Shown: piece after piece, positions 40,142 through 51,548 of the stretch
Numbering within the stretch: position 1 is the first letter of the stretch
How the letters are laid out: the number at the start of each line of letters is the position of its first letter
From: Candidatus Bathyarchaeota archaeon
Lineage (GTDB): Archaea > Thermoproteota > Bathyarchaeia > Bathyarchaeales > Bathycorpusculaceae
Direction: 5' to 3'
NCBI GenBank assembly: GCA_963770935.1
Contig: CAVYRJ010000008.1
Coordinates: forward strand, 64,001 to 128,000
Length of the DNA stretch: 64,000 nt
Made by a program: the position numbers and the translations under genes
The notes under the pieces: generated by a model
The model's input: only the letters and a program-made list of their open reading frames with translations
What the model was told of the DNA's origin: nothing
The model's database searches: none

Positions 40142-40315
40142 ATGGCACAAGAAAACAACAACAAACACTACAAATGTCCACATTGCGCATGCATATTCTT
40201 AAACCAAACGGACCTGCAAAAACACATAAGTGTCTTTGGCGACCAAAAAGAGCAACACGAATATAATTATAAGAAAACACATGGCAGACTTGAACACGGA
40301 TACGGCGAAGAATAA
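40142..40315 (+). CDS. small C2H2-like zinc-finger protein (57 aa)
   Basis: MAQENNNKHYKCPHCACIFLNQTDLQKHISVFGDQKEQHEYNYKKTHGRLEHGYGEE*. Starts 10 nt after the ileS stop. Confidence 0.7.
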   Translation: MAQENNNKHYKCPHCACIFLNQTDLQKHISVFGDQKEQHEYNYKKTHGRLEHGYGEE

Positions 40316-40706
40316 CCGTGATTTTTTTCTACAGCCTCTTAATTAAAGGCAGAAAAATGAACACTATGATTTGGTAGAAGGTGAATGTTACCATAGTAGA
40401 GCGTTTGTGTAATGTGTAAGGCAGGAAAATTGCATGTAGATGGTCCCATTGTGGTAGTCAGGTTCAGAATTCGTATCGTAGGTTCAGGTAGTCCGATTAG
40501 CTAATAACCACAGATAACAGAAGGCGGGTTATTGGTTGTACACCAGTCCAATTTTTCAGCCTCCCAAATAGTCTCGTCCTATCTTAAGGAAACGCTAAGA
40601 GTTATGATTTGCAAACTTAACAATTTGGGATAAAGACTTAATGTTGCAATTCTATACATGCCTGCTAACTTATATCTGAAACCACGCACTAACAATAACC
40701 CGAGAA

Positions 40707-41906
40707 GTGTGCCGTATGGACAGGTTTCGGTTAGCCATCTTCAATACCCAGCCGCCCCACCTGTACTTTGGGGGTGTTGAGCGGCGCATAATGGAAACCA
40801 CCAAACGGTTGCAGGCGCAAGCTGACATTAACGTTTACTGCGGCACTAAGGCTGGCTTCAAACAACCCGCCACTATCAATGGCGTAGGTTTTTTTCCATG
40901 TTATTCAACTGACAGAATCTTTCCATTAGATAACTGGTTTTTTAACAGAAGTCTATCCAAAAAAGCCAGCGACATCAACGCAGACATTTATGAAGCCCAT
41001 GCGGTGAGCGGCTATGGATTTCCCCAAAAACTCAAGAAAATCGGCATCAATAAACCGTTCATTCACACGATACACGGGGTCCTCGCTGACGAGTATGAGC
41101 AAGCAAAAAAAAACGGTTACCCATCAGTCAGGGGTAGAATTGCAAATTATTTTATGCACCGACTTGCCAACTTGGAAAAGAAAACAGCACAGGACGCAAC
41201 GTTAATTGTTACCATAAGCAATTACTCGCTTGAAAAAATCCGTGAGCATTACGGCATTGACAAGGGCAAGGTTCGGATTGTTCCAAACGGCGTGGATGTG
41301 GAAAAATTCAAACCCATAGAAAACCCCACATTGGTGAAACGCCAATTTGGGTTAGGCAATGAACCTTGTGTGTTATTTGTTGGCAGTTTGATACCTCGGA
41401 AGGGGCTGTTTTTTCTGGTTGAGGCAGCAAAAAGAATAGTTAAAGAAAACGCTGAGACCAAGTTTTTGATTGTTGGTGAAGGCCCTCAAAAAAACCAGTT
41501 GACTATTGCTCTTGAATCCGCTAGTCTTTCAGGCAACTTCAAGTTTTTAGGCAACCTCAAAGAAGACGATCTTTCAGCAGCATACAACTGCGCGGATGTG
41601 TTTGTTCTGCCCTCGATTCAGGAGGGACAGGGAATTGTGTTGCTTGAAGCACAAGCGTGTGGCAAGCCTGTTGTTGCTTTTGATATTGGCGGAGTCAACG
41701 AAGCCGTCCGCAACGACGAAACAGGGCTACTTGTTGACAGGGGCAGCAGTGAGGAGTTGGGCAATGCTTTGCTTCGGCTTCTCTCTGAAAAGCCTTTGAG
41801 AGAAAAAATGGGTGCCAATGGTCGCAGGTTTGTTACTGAAAACTTTACGTGGGACATATGCGCTCAAAAAATGCTTAAGGTTTACCGCGAAGCATTAGCT
41901 GACTGA
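40707..41906 (+). CDS. glycosyltransferase family 4
   Basis: GGVERR, HTIHG, VPNGVD, FVGSLIPRKG, EGQGIVLLEA. Confidence 0.93.
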   Translation: MCRMDRFRLAIFNTQPPHLYFGGVERRIMETTKRLQAQADINVYCGTKAGFKQPATINGVGFFPCYSTDRIFPLDNWFFNRSLSKKASDINADIYEAHAVSGYGFPQKLKKIGINKPFIHTIHGVLADEYEQAKKNGYPSVRGRIANYFMHRLANLEKKTAQDATLIVTISNYSLEKIREHYGIDKGKVRIVPNGVDVEKFKPIENPTLVKRQFGLGNEPCVLFVGSLIPRKGLFFLVEAAKRIVKENAETKFLIVGEGPQKNQLTIALESASLSGNFKFLGNLKEDDLSAAYNCADVFVLPSIQEGQGIVLLEAQACGKPVVAFDIGGVNEAVRNDETGLLVDRGSSEELGNALLRLLSEKPLREKMGANGRRFVTENFTWDICAQKMLKVYREALAD

Positions 41907-42422
41907 GACGTTGACTGATTTTGCCAATCGCCTAAAATCGTCCTCACCCATCCATTCAGTCCAAAGGTAGCAGCTGATTCGCTCATCGCTTAAACCCAGC
42001 CGTCTTGCCTCTTGAACGGCATAACGGTAAGCTTCAATCTCTGTGGGTCTATCAACGTAATCGTAACTTGGGTCGAAGAGTTCTTTGCCCTCCATGAACT
42101 GCTTAACATGACATAACTCATGAATTAAATCCAAATAAATGTCAGTCTTGTTGCCTGTGTTCAGGTATCCTTTGCTTATCACAAGATGCCCATCGGAGGC
42201 ATCAATGTACATGTACCCCATAATCCAACTAAACTCCACTGTAAGGTGACTTAGAACTTCATTGGTCTTTTCACCAAAAATACCCCGTACAGCATCAACT
42301 TTTTCGAAACCCTTGAAATACTCAGAGAAAATTACTTTGCGATTTCCTACCCCGAGTATGTTAAATGGAAGTTTTCTAAACAAGCGCAAGATTCTAAACA
42401 CAGCATACTCTATTGCCGTCAA
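41895..42422 (-). CDS. HEXXH zincin-like hypothetical protein
   Basis: LIHELCHVKQ and a downstream EIEAY third-ligand motif. Confidence 0.7.
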   Translation of the reverse strand: MTAIEYAVFRILRLFRKLPFNILGVGNRKVIFSEYFKGFEKVDAVRGIFGEKTNEVLSHLTVEFSWIMGYMYIDASDGHLVISKGYLNTGNKTDIYLDLIHELCHVKQFMEGKELFDPSYDYVDRPTEIEAYRYAVQEARRLGLSDERISCYLWTEWMGEDDFRRLAKSVNVSVS

Positions 42423-42437
42423 ATCACTAGACTGCTC

Positions 42438-43668
42438 CTACTTAAAAGCTGAAAGGTACTCAAGCTTCATTCCCCGATGCGCCAGATCTGGAAGATCTTC
42501 TACGCTGCCTATGCTTGCGTCGATGTTGCGGTGGATCGGATGACTCCATATGCCTTCAGGTGCAAGGTTAAACTGCAAAGGAAAATCCACTTTGATATTG
42601 TATTTTTCGCTTAAATTCTTAATTAATCTTCCCTCCCGGCAAGCTACACGACCAGAACGATAACTCTGAAGCAATTGCGGAGCAGCAAAAGCACCGACTC
42701 CATGCCAAACCGCCGCGTCCTCGGGGGAACCAATCGAGTATAGAAAGAACTGGGGCGAAGACGGGGTTTCAGCAAAACTGTAATCAGCAAGTTTTTCGCC
42801 GGGAACTGTAAAGCTGTCATCACATACGGCAACGGCTATGTCTTCAGGGTCCATGGCGTTAGGATAAAGTTTGGTGGTTTTGTATTTGATGGTGGCGTCA
42901 AGTAACTTGCCGTTTTCAAAGTGCAATTTGCCTCGAGCTGCACGTTTGGACCCAAAACCTTTTGTGGAGTGTGGTACCGTTAAAAGGGTTGTGCGGTTTT
43001 TCATACTGCGCCCCATACAGGTGTACGCTTCCTCGATTGACGAGTAATCTCGGTTGCTCTCTTTGATTATATAATGAAGTAAACCGTCTTTGTCCTCCTG
43101 TCTGCAGAGTTGAAAGTGGCATACGCAAAGTGTAAAGTGAGAGGTCCATGCCAAAGAACTCGGACAACTCCTTTAACTGCATATACTTGATTGAATCCAC
43201 CAAATCAAGGTATGAATTATTGCTGGCTTGCAGGCTTTCGGTGATGAGATTTGCTTCTTTTTGGGAGATTAATGTACCGTCGTATTTTTTTAGGTATGCT
43301 TGGTCGATTTTCAATTGGTCTGTTTTGACGTTGGCTGCTGGAAAAGCGCTCTGTCCGCTATCCACGATTGATTGTTTGAGTGGATTCATCGAGTAGCGGT
43401 CTGCCTCAACATCATCTGTGTTTAGGAGGAAGGGCACGATGAAACCTCGTGTGGGTTTCTTGAGCAACTCTGCAAGCGCAACTAAGTCGCCGTCGGTAGG
43501 CTGATGCATACCGCGCTCGTAGAAATAGTTGGCGCAGGTTTCAAGCAGCCGCGTCCCAATGATGCCTTGAACTTCTTCAATCGTCAACTGTGGATTGGTA
43601 TATTCGACTGAACCGCGCAGAAAAAACCGATCATCAGTAAAGGGAACGGAAACTTTTTTTCCCGTCAA
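42438..43668 (-). CDS. uncharacterised ~410-aa protein (frameshifted near 43105)
   Basis: Two overlapping ORFs join as ...LRMPLSTLQ/EDKDGLLHYII.... No family recognised. Confidence 0.6.
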
Positions 43669-43804
43669 CGTAGTGGAATAATGTGACCTTTCGATTAGTT
43701 TTCTTACCCTTAGCGGTCAGGGCGCCTTCAACAAGTACCTTCACGGTTGAAAAAGAAGTCTTCAAAAAATCCTCAAGCAAAAACCTGCAATAATCTTCCA
43801 TAAA

Positions 43805-44654
43805 TTATCCTCTTTCTAGAGATTCAGCCAAGTATATACAATTTTTCGCGACTTTTGGCCCAAAGAACATCTGTACCACATCAAAATCCTGCTTAAAACC
43901 CAAAGAAAAAAGCATGTTTACAAGCAATGTCTCTTTTTTTGGGAGCGCTAAATAAACGGTTTTTCCAGCTAGTTTTTCAAGGGCAGCTTTAAGAAGTGCA
44001 ACAGCAGCGTCACGATTGCCTCTTTGGCACATCAAGGGTCCAACCCAAGCCATGCGTTCGTAAACCGTAGCCGCCACATATCCCACAACCTCGTTATCCT
44101 TAGACACGCAATAGCTTATGTTGCCCTCGTCTAGAATGATGGATTCAAGCAGTCTTTTTCTGTCTCCTCCAAAACATTCCTTATCAAACTTGGTCACGGC
44201 TTGGATGTTGTGTTTTCCTATCTGGGATAACTCTTCTTTAGTTAGTGTTTTCTTGGATTTGTGCTTGTAAAACTGCAAAATCCTCATCTGCTTTGAAGCC
44301 TTGGTTACTGTAGAATTTTGTAAGATTTGGGTAAGCATATAACCCAATCGTTTCTACGCCTTTGCCGAGTAAATATTCAACTGCATGTTTCACAAGAAAG
44401 CTTCCAGCACCCTTATGGCGGTATTCTTCCTTAACGATAAGGTTGCCAAACCAGCCTACTTTTCCATAACTGATGCATGTTGCAATACCCACAGGTTTTG
44501 AACCTTCAAAAAGCACCAAACAGCCTTCTGGTTCAAGTTGAGTCATGAATTCGAAGTCTTCTGTTGCCATGTTCCAGTCCATTGTGTTGGCTAATTCCAC
44601 GGCAAACACGAAGTCTTCAGGGCGCATTGGCTTAACTTGGAGCATACGTCTCAA
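43805..44654 (-). CDS. tandem GNAT N-acetyltransferase (frameshifted near 44250)
   Basis: WFGNLIVKEEYRHKGAG, FYSNQGF, and a second domain with GDRKRLL and WVGPL. Confidence 0.85.
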
Positions 44655-44789
44655 ATTGTAGATTGGTCTAACAATTAAGTTTGTTTATTCGAAGAAAAAT
44701 AAATAACCTTAAAATCTGCTATTAAAAACCTACTCTATCTTTCCAACCGTCATAAGACAGCCTAAAAACATAACTGCCGACATCCCTTG

Positions 44790-45934
44790 CTATGTTACTG
44801 TTTGGTTCCAGTAAAAAACTTGGTTGTATTTGTCCAGCATGGATGCGGTTACGTGGGGTTCGTCGTAGAGAATATCTAAGGTTGAACCGTACTTTTCGGT
44901 GAGTGTTTTTACGTCATTGTAGATTTTTGCTGATAATGTGTCAGGCGGAAACAATCCCCAGATGCGATCATTCAGCATTGCGAAAACCAAACCCATAATC
45001 CTTGGGCACAACATACGCAACTTGAGGTTTGTTTGAACCAAAACTCTCAGGGTCACTGTGCAAGGTATTCCAGAATTTCTGCAGTGCTGCAAAATGCTCG
45101 TCAGCTAAGGTACCGTAAGCTGTTGTGTTGGGGTAGCTAAAAACGAACGCGTATTTGGCGCCTGCACTATAAGCCAATGACAAGTCTGTGTATAATTCGT
45201 CTCCAGATGCAAGGTAAGGGTCCTGGTTGTATTTCCAATTAATTATGACTCCCCAATCCTTGCCAAAAGCTTCCGCGGCACCTCTATTTAGAGCAATGAT
45301 GCGTTGTCTGCTTTCGTTTCCGACGAATTCGGCGAAAACCGCAGTATAGTTTGCCTTGTAATCAAACCAGTTGAGTGCGAAATCTGCCGTGAATATGTTA
45401 GGGTTGTATGGGTGATAATAATTTATCATGCCTGATAAGTTGCCTACATAAGCTTGAGCTGTTTGCGTGTAGCTTGCTGTGTCGTTGATGATTTGGGAGG
45501 GACCATTTTCCAGTTGATTTCCGCCCGGTTCATCAATCTTGTAGATGCCTAAGAATTTTTCGCCGTACTTGGTTTGGGCATCAACCATCCAATTTGTAAT
45601 GTTGTAGCCGTTGGAATAATTGTAATAGTTGATGCCTGTAAATAGAACTATAAAGTTTAATCCCGAATTGAAAATGTAGTCACATGACTCATCTAAAGCT
45701 GTTCTATTAAATGTCACACCAATTGAACCTATCACGAATAGGTTTGTGTAATCTTTAACTTTATCAACCAAAGCCTTAACTTCACTTGCTTTGTCTGCCG
45801 TAAGCGAATTCAACGCCGACATAAAATTCTCGCGGCTGCGGCTTATTGCTGAGCAAATTTGTTGCTATAAAAAATGATAGCACTATCAATGCAATGAGCA
45901 CTGTCGAGGTTACGATTACGAGTTTGCGGTTCAA
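44790..45934 (-). CDS. secreted or membrane-anchored hypothetical protein (two frameshifts)
   Basis: TTG start MNRKLVIVTSTVLIALIVLSFFIA (signal anchor), a 284-aa middle ORF (DEPGG, WFDY, WGVII), and a C-terminus DRIWGLF...FYWNQTVT. Confidence 0.65.
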
Positions 45935-46034
45935 ATATGCTCAACCAATTGTAGAACAATCATATGAAGAAAAGTATTTAAAATTTGAAAGTTACCCCAA
46001 ACAAAAGAAAGAAAAACTCCATGGTAACGAGTTT

Positions 46035-46487
46035 TTACCTGTGGTAGAGACCAATCAATTCTCCCTTTCCAAGAATATGCCCTTGCATAGCTTTTTCTAG
46101 GTCTTTTTTAGTGAACTTGGCGCCCAAACTTAATTCGGTATCCAACGCATAAACCTTAAAAAAATACCTATGTGTACCAGACGGCGGACAAGGCCCCATA
46201 AACCCCTTTTGCCGTGCACTATTCAACCCCTCAATCCCCGGAACCGAAGCTTCAGCTATTTTAGTTGTTGAAGCTGAAATGTTCCAGACAACCCAGTGAT
46301 CAAATGTTCCGCTTGCCGCGTCAGGGTCATCTACAACCAGCGCGAGGCTCTTTGATTCTTTTGGGACGCCTTCGATTGTTATAGGCGGATTGGTGTCTTC
46401 GCCGTCACAGCTATATTTTCTGGGGATTGGGCCGTTGTGTGAAAATGATGGGCTTTTAATTGTAAGTTCTTTCATTAAGATCCTCAA
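46035..46487 (-). CDS. YbhB/YbcL (PEBP/RKIP-like) protein
   Basis: DDPDA, HWVVWNI, GPCPPSGTHRYFF. Confidence 0.93.
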   Translation of the reverse strand: MRILMKELTIKSPSFSHNGPIPRKYSCDGEDTNPPITIEGVPKESKSLALVVDDPDAASGTFDHWVVWNISASTTKIAEASVPGIEGLNSARQKGFMGPCPPSGTHRYFFKVYALDTELSLGAKFTKKDLEKAMQGHILGKGELIGLYHR

Positions 46488-46544
46488 AAAAACAATTGTT
46501 TGCCAGTTAAATAAAGTTGGCTAAAAAAGTTTTTGCCAAGGGAT

Positions 46545-46739
46545 TTAGGATTCTTCTTCTGTCCACTTCTCCACAGTCAACGTGCCGTCTTTAGCGCTAA
46601 AATGAACTTTAACAGGCATTGAACCATCGCATTTAAGCGGAAACATACTGTCATCAACAACGCGGACAGGTAAGTAAAGGAGGTATCTGTTGTCTTTTCG
46701 CCTAAAGATTGTGCCTTTTCCTTCATTACCCATAACCAA
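46545..46739 (-). CDS. small AbrB-like swapped-hairpin protein
   Basis: RYLLYLP...VKVHF...LTVEK pattern. Confidence 0.5.
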   Translation of the reverse strand: MVMGNEGKGTIFRRKDNRYLLYLPVRVVDDSMFPLKCDGSMPVKVHFSAKDGTLTVEKWTEEES

Positions 46740-46824
46740 TCACAAACAAGTTAACGATAGCTCGCTGATTGCTTTTAAATTTGACTGTTGAATTAGCAAA
46801 AAATGGTAAATGCTGGGTTGCACT

Positions 46825-48537
46825 CTACACTTCCGCTTTTCTTATCAACTCAGCTGCACTGTTGAGGTTTACCTTGTAGAAGATAAATGCAATGACTGAA
46901 GCAATTATGCCGCTGATAACGATTGCAATGGCAAGGGTAACTGGGTCTACTGGTGCTGCACCGCCACCCATGAAGCCGGCAGCAAACTTGCCAATAGCAA
47001 ACGGTATCAAGGGTGCCAGCACCGCCAAACCTGCTAAAGCACATACGACAATGCTGATGAGTGCCCATTCTTGACGTATCATCCTTGTTCTTCGAGCTAC
47101 TGAAAAATCGGCCCCTCTAAACCCGATGGAAAGTGAAATTGCTCCAACCGCTAAAATAACAAAGAACCCTGTAATGAAAGCCGTAGCCGTCATCTTCAAC
47201 GAGGTCTGATAGAACAAGGCTCCAACTATGCCCGTGAGTAGAAGAACAACGGTTGATAGAACATACAACAAGAACAATTTACTCTTGACAAGATTTTTAG
47301 GCGAAATCGGTGAAGCATAGATTCGCCATACTGATTGTCCTTCTTCACCTATCAGCATGTTACCTACGGATGAGGCCATAACTCCAGCGGGCAAAAAGAA
47401 AGTCATTGCAACAAAAAACAAGTCTACTTCTGCGGGTGCATTTCCAGCACCTGTTATGTTGATAGAATTCATAATGGGCAGGATGACAAAGACAATTGGA
47501 ACAATGAAGATACCTATTAATTCTCGGCGTCGAGTGAAAGCTCGGACGTCTTTGCGGATTAAGGCAGCTTCAACGGTCGAGAAGCCAAACTTGCCTAAGA
47601 ACCCAGTTTTTGGCGCATAAATAGTTCCGGTTTTCTGAACTTTGATTGCGGGGGGTTCATAGAGCCCGAACCGCTGGTTCAGCAGGACTGCAAGGAAATA
47701 CAAAACCGCCATGAATAGGGCTGTTAAAGCTACCACTAGGATGCCTTCCAAAAGAACTGTATTTAGCAAGTAATAGAGGGCTAAGCCAGGCCATATGTAG
47801 GGTATGAACCAAGCTGTATTCTGAAGGGCTGTAAGTCCTTGGATAAAGTTAGTGAAGCCTTGGGTTATTGAGAAATAAATGACGTAGAATACGAGGAAGA
47901 ATGCAAGCGAGCCTACGAATCTCACCCAAACGGCTGCTCTGCCGCTTGATTTGTAAACTGCCCCTACGAAACGTGTCTGTACAACTCTGATAATTTCGGT
48001 CGTGACGCTCCCCAAAAAAGCTGCTGCAAACAATGCCAATGTCGTCAACAACGCCTGCACGATTAAACCGTTGAATGCTCCAAAGACAATCAAGCCTGAA
48101 GAAAAGCCAATAACCGTCGCCAACGGGAACCCAAACAGGTTCGCAAGGACTGATGCCAACGTATTTTCTTGCCATGTAACGGGAAGCCAATACATGACTT
48201 GGGTGGTTTTTTTAATCCCCGCGAGCTGGATTTGCTGAAGCATTGTAAATACTATGGCTAAAATCAAGACGAGGGTTGGCATGGCAACAAAAAAACTGGT
48301 TGCGGCAACCTCAATTGACGGCACAGTTACATCTTGCACACCATTTAGTCCACCATAAAAAGCCGAAACGCCCAAATTAGTCAGGAAACCACCTACTACT
48401 CCTATGATAGCTGCAACCCAGTAAGGCCAGTACGCAAGAATACCGCTTTCACGGTATCTTGTGGTTTTAACTCCTCGAAGTAGCCTGCCAGATTTGCGTT
48501 CCACTCGTAGCAGGAAGAGGACGTTTTTCCAATTCAT
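46825..48537 (-). CDS. ABC transporter permease (duplicated multi-TM)
   Basis: About 12-14 TM helices, KDVRAFTR, EGQSVW...SPIS...VKSK. Overlaps the ATPase stop. Confidence 0.85.
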   Translation of the reverse strand: MNWKNVLFLLRVERKSGRLLRGVKTTRYRESGILAYWPYWVAAIIGVVGGFLTNLGVSAFYGGLNGVQDVTVPSIEVAATSFFVAMPTLVLILAIVFTMLQQIQLAGIKKTTQVMYWLPVTWQENTLASVLANLFGFPLATVIGFSSGLIVFGAFNGLIVQALLTTLALFAAAFLGSVTTEIIRVVQTRFVGAVYKSSGRAAVWVRFVGSLAFFLVFYVIYFSITQGFTNFIQGLTALQNTAWFIPYIWPGLALYYLLNTVLLEGILVVALTALFMAVLYFLAVLLNQRFGLYEPPAIKVQKTGTIYAPKTGFLGKFGFSTVEAALIRKDVRAFTRRRELIGIFIVPIVFVILPIMNSINITGAGNAPAEVDLFFVAMTFFLPAGVMASSVGNMLIGEEGQSVWRIYASPISPKNLVKSKLFLLYVLSTVVLLLTGIVGALFYQTSLKMTATAFITGFFVILAVGAISLSIGFRGADFSVARRTRMIRQEWALISIVVCALAGLAVLAPLIPFAIGKFAAGFMGGGAAPVDPVTLAIAIVISGIIASVIAFIFYKVNLNSAAELIRKAEV

Positions 48538-49307
48538 CGTAACAGTTCCTCAACGACCGGTCTTAAATCGCCTGTTCCAGTCAGCTTTAAGAAGATATCT
48601 TCCAACCCAGAGCTGGGCAATCTTGCTTCCTCTCTTAGTTGGTTCATGTTACCTAACGATAGGATGTTACCTTGATACATAATGCCGATTCGATCACATA
48701 GCGCTTCCGCGATTTCCAAAACGTGCGTGGACAAGATTGTGGTAACGCCTTGCAGTTTGAGTTCATGCAGAAAATCCTTCACAATCCGTGCGCTTCGGGG
48801 ATCTAAAGCGTTAAGCGGCTCATCTAATATTAGCAGTTTGGGTTTGTTGAGAAAAGCTGAGATGAGGCTGATTTTCTTCTTCATGCCATCCGAGTAACTG
48901 TTTATCATGTCGCCTTCACGTCCATCAAGCTGAAGGGCCTTGAGGTACTCGGTTATGCGTTGCTGTTTCTCAGAGGTTGGCACTCCATAAATGTCACCGA
49001 TGAAGTCAAGATATTCAATACCAGTTAAGAACTCGTAAACATCAGGCGACTCAGGAACATAACCCACTTGCCGCTTAACCGCAACAGGATCTTTCTTTAC
49101 ATCCAACCCTAAAACACTAATCTCGCCTGCGGTAGGCTGAACCAACCCCAACAGCATCTTTAGCGTGGTGGATTTTCCAGACCCGTTAGGTCCCAAAAGC
49201 GCAAAGATTTCGCCGCTGTAAATGCTTAGGTTGATGTTGTTTACTGCTACGATTTCGTTGTAGCGTTTGGTTACGCCTTTAAGTTCAACTGCGTATGAAC
49301 TGCTCAT
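48534..49307 (-). CDS. ABC transporter ATP-binding protein
   Basis: GPNGSGKST, YSDGMKK, LDEP, STH. Confidence 0.95.
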   Translation of the reverse strand: MSSSYAVELKGVTKRYNEIVAVNNINLSIYSGEIFALLGPNGSGKSTTLKMLLGLVQPTAGEISVLGLDVKKDPVAVKRQVGYVPESPDVYEFLTGIEYLDFIGDIYGVPTSEKQQRITEYLKALQLDGREGDMINSYSDGMKKKISLISAFLNKPKLLILDEPLNALDPRSARIVKDFLHELKLQGVTTILSTHVLEIAEALCDRIGIMYQGNILSLGNMNQLREEARLPSSGLEDIFLKLTGTGDLRPVVEELLR

Positions 49308-49437
49308 GCTACCCTATGCCTCGACTGCAAATAGAAAAGCTTCGCTATTTAAGGCTAATGCGTCTCCCATACTTGGTAATATGGAAACACCGTCAGTTAA
49401 GAAACAAGCGTTGGTTGCAGCTGCTATTTAGAGTACT

Positions 49438-50157
49438 TTAAACCGCCTTCTGAGTCTTACTAGTTGGTTTGCCGCACTTTTTACAGAATAACGCCTGCTC
49501 CTTATTCTTTGCTCCGCAAGAAAAGCAACTAATCTCTATAAAGGGTGGGTCGATTGAAATTTCCGTTTGAATCTGATTTCCGCAACTCTGGCAAAATAGG
49601 GCGTCAAGGTCATTTTCATAACTGCAGTATCTACATCTTAATGTCGTAGAGTTTACTTTATGAATAGCATTCAATTTCAAATTACCAAAAATTGAAAGTT
49701 TATTCTCTAGCATCGCTATTGTGGGCAATAAATCAGTCAGTTGCCTAAACTGCTCTTCATTTGGTGAAAACTTTGATACACATTCCTTGCTTAATATGGT
49801 GAACTTGGGCTTCTTTCCTGAAATCAACTTAACCTTTTCTATCTCGTCATAACTGTAGTAACAGCTTCTCTTGCTGAGATTCATTTTCTCGTCTAACGTC
49901 AACTGGTTGATTTGTTCTTCTATCTGCTTGTCTCTTTTCCTATCTGTATTCACGGGTACTGCAGGGGTAAGTCCAAAAAACAAAGAACGGCTCTCTATAG
50001 ACTTAATATTGTCACGATCTGCTTTTCCCATGCAGACGATAGCGATTCGTTTGTCAGTGAAATAAACGTCGTACCGCGTTGCAATATCGAGAGGTAAAAT
50101 AAGATCCACTATTATTACAAGTTGACGTTCTGAATCTGACATGCACTTGGACCTCAA
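49438..50157 (-). CDS. double zinc-ribbon domain protein
   Basis: C-terminal CRYC/CQSC/CFSC/CKKC. Confidence 0.75.
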   Translation of the reverse strand: MRSKCMSDSERQLVIIVDLILPLDIATRYDVYFTDKRIAIVCMGKADRDNIKSIESRSLFFGLTPAVPVNTDRKRDKQIEEQINQLTLDEKMNLSKRSCYYSYDEIEKVKLISGKKPKFTILSKECVSKFSPNEEQFRQLTDLLPTIAMLENKLSIFGNLKLNAIHKVNSTTLRCRYCSYENDLDALFCQSCGNQIQTEISIDPPFIEISCFSCGAKNKEQALFCKKCGKPTSKTQKAV

Positions 50158-50556
50158 TGGAGGTTGTATTCATTTTCACCTAATAAATCTAAGAAGCCGT
50201 GTATCAGCTGTTTTTTCAGTAATATTTGAAGTGAACCAAAATTAGGCGGTTCTTGGATGATTTGCAGGTTTTAAGATGTTTTCTATAAAAATACATCTAT
50301 ACAATAAAATGAATTAAGAATAATTTATTGTTTGCGAGGGTATCACGAGATAACTCTTTTTTTTATTTCCTCATAAGTTGCCTGCAATATTCGCCAATAG
50401 GAAATGACATGTGCATAAAACGCATAAATTAGACATTAACTATCCCTTAGCGGCTGCTGTTTTTTTCTCGATCGGCTACAGCCGATTCTATTTTTGTTTG
50501 ATAACGCAAATATCCTTAAATCTGCCTAAAGTTTCATTGCTAAAAAGAGAAACAAA

Positions 50557-51548
50557 ATGCCCTACGCCATAGAAACTCACAAGTTAACAAAAACTGTACA
50601 ATTCCCTAAAAGCAGTTGACACCTTAGACATCGCAGTGGAGTCAGGAGAGATTTTTGGGCTGCTGGGACCCAACGGCGCAGGCAAAACAACCGCTATATC
50701 CATGCTTTGCACGATTCTAAAACCAACCTCCGGCACGGCAACAGTGAATGGGTTCGACATCGTTCGGGAAGCAAACAAAGTTCGAAAATCAATAGGCATC
50801 GTTTTCCAGGAACCCAGCGTTGACGATCGTTTAACAGCCAGGGAAAACCTCTATATGCACGCTAACCTCTACGGCGTTTCAGCGTCAGAACAGAAAGAAC
50901 GCATAACCCGCATCCTAAAACTCAGTTGAACTCGAGGACAGGGCAGATGATTTGCTTCGCACCTATTCAGGTGGCATGCGGCGCAGGCTTGAGCTTGGAC
51001 GAGGTTTAATCCACTATCCAAAAGTTCTGTTTTTAGACGAGCCAACCGTAGGGTTAGACCCGCAAACCCGAGACCACATCTGGAAATATATAAAAGAGCT
51101 CAAAGAATCCCATGACATCACCGTGGTATTAACAACCCATTATATGGATGAAGCTGATAGACTCTCGGATCGTATTGCAATTATGGATCACGGCAAAATC
51201 GTTGTTTTGGATTCGCCGCAGAACCTCAAGGAAACGCTTGAAGGGGACGTTATAACGGTTAGAGCAAACAATATTGAAGCATTAGCTGAATTGGTTAGTA
51301 AATGGTTGGGGTTCAACAAAGCTCGCATAGTTGACGGTGCCTTAGAGATTACTGTGCGTGGCGGCAAAGCTGCAATGCCCCGCATCATGGAGATGGCTAG
51401 CCAAAACAACATCTACGTGGAATCTCTGGTTTCGCGAGAACCGAACCTTGAAGACGTATTCCTACACTACACAGGCAGAACCATACGTCAAGATACAACC
51501 CGAGAACTACACGGCATGGCAGCAATACAAAGGAGAGCCATAAAATGA
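50557..51548 (+). CDS. DrrA-like ABC-2 transporter ATP-binding protein (frameshifts near 50592 and 50925)
   Basis: MPYAIETHKLTK / GPNGAGKTT / YSGGMRRRL, LDEPT, TTHYM, EPNLEDVF. Confidence 0.9.
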
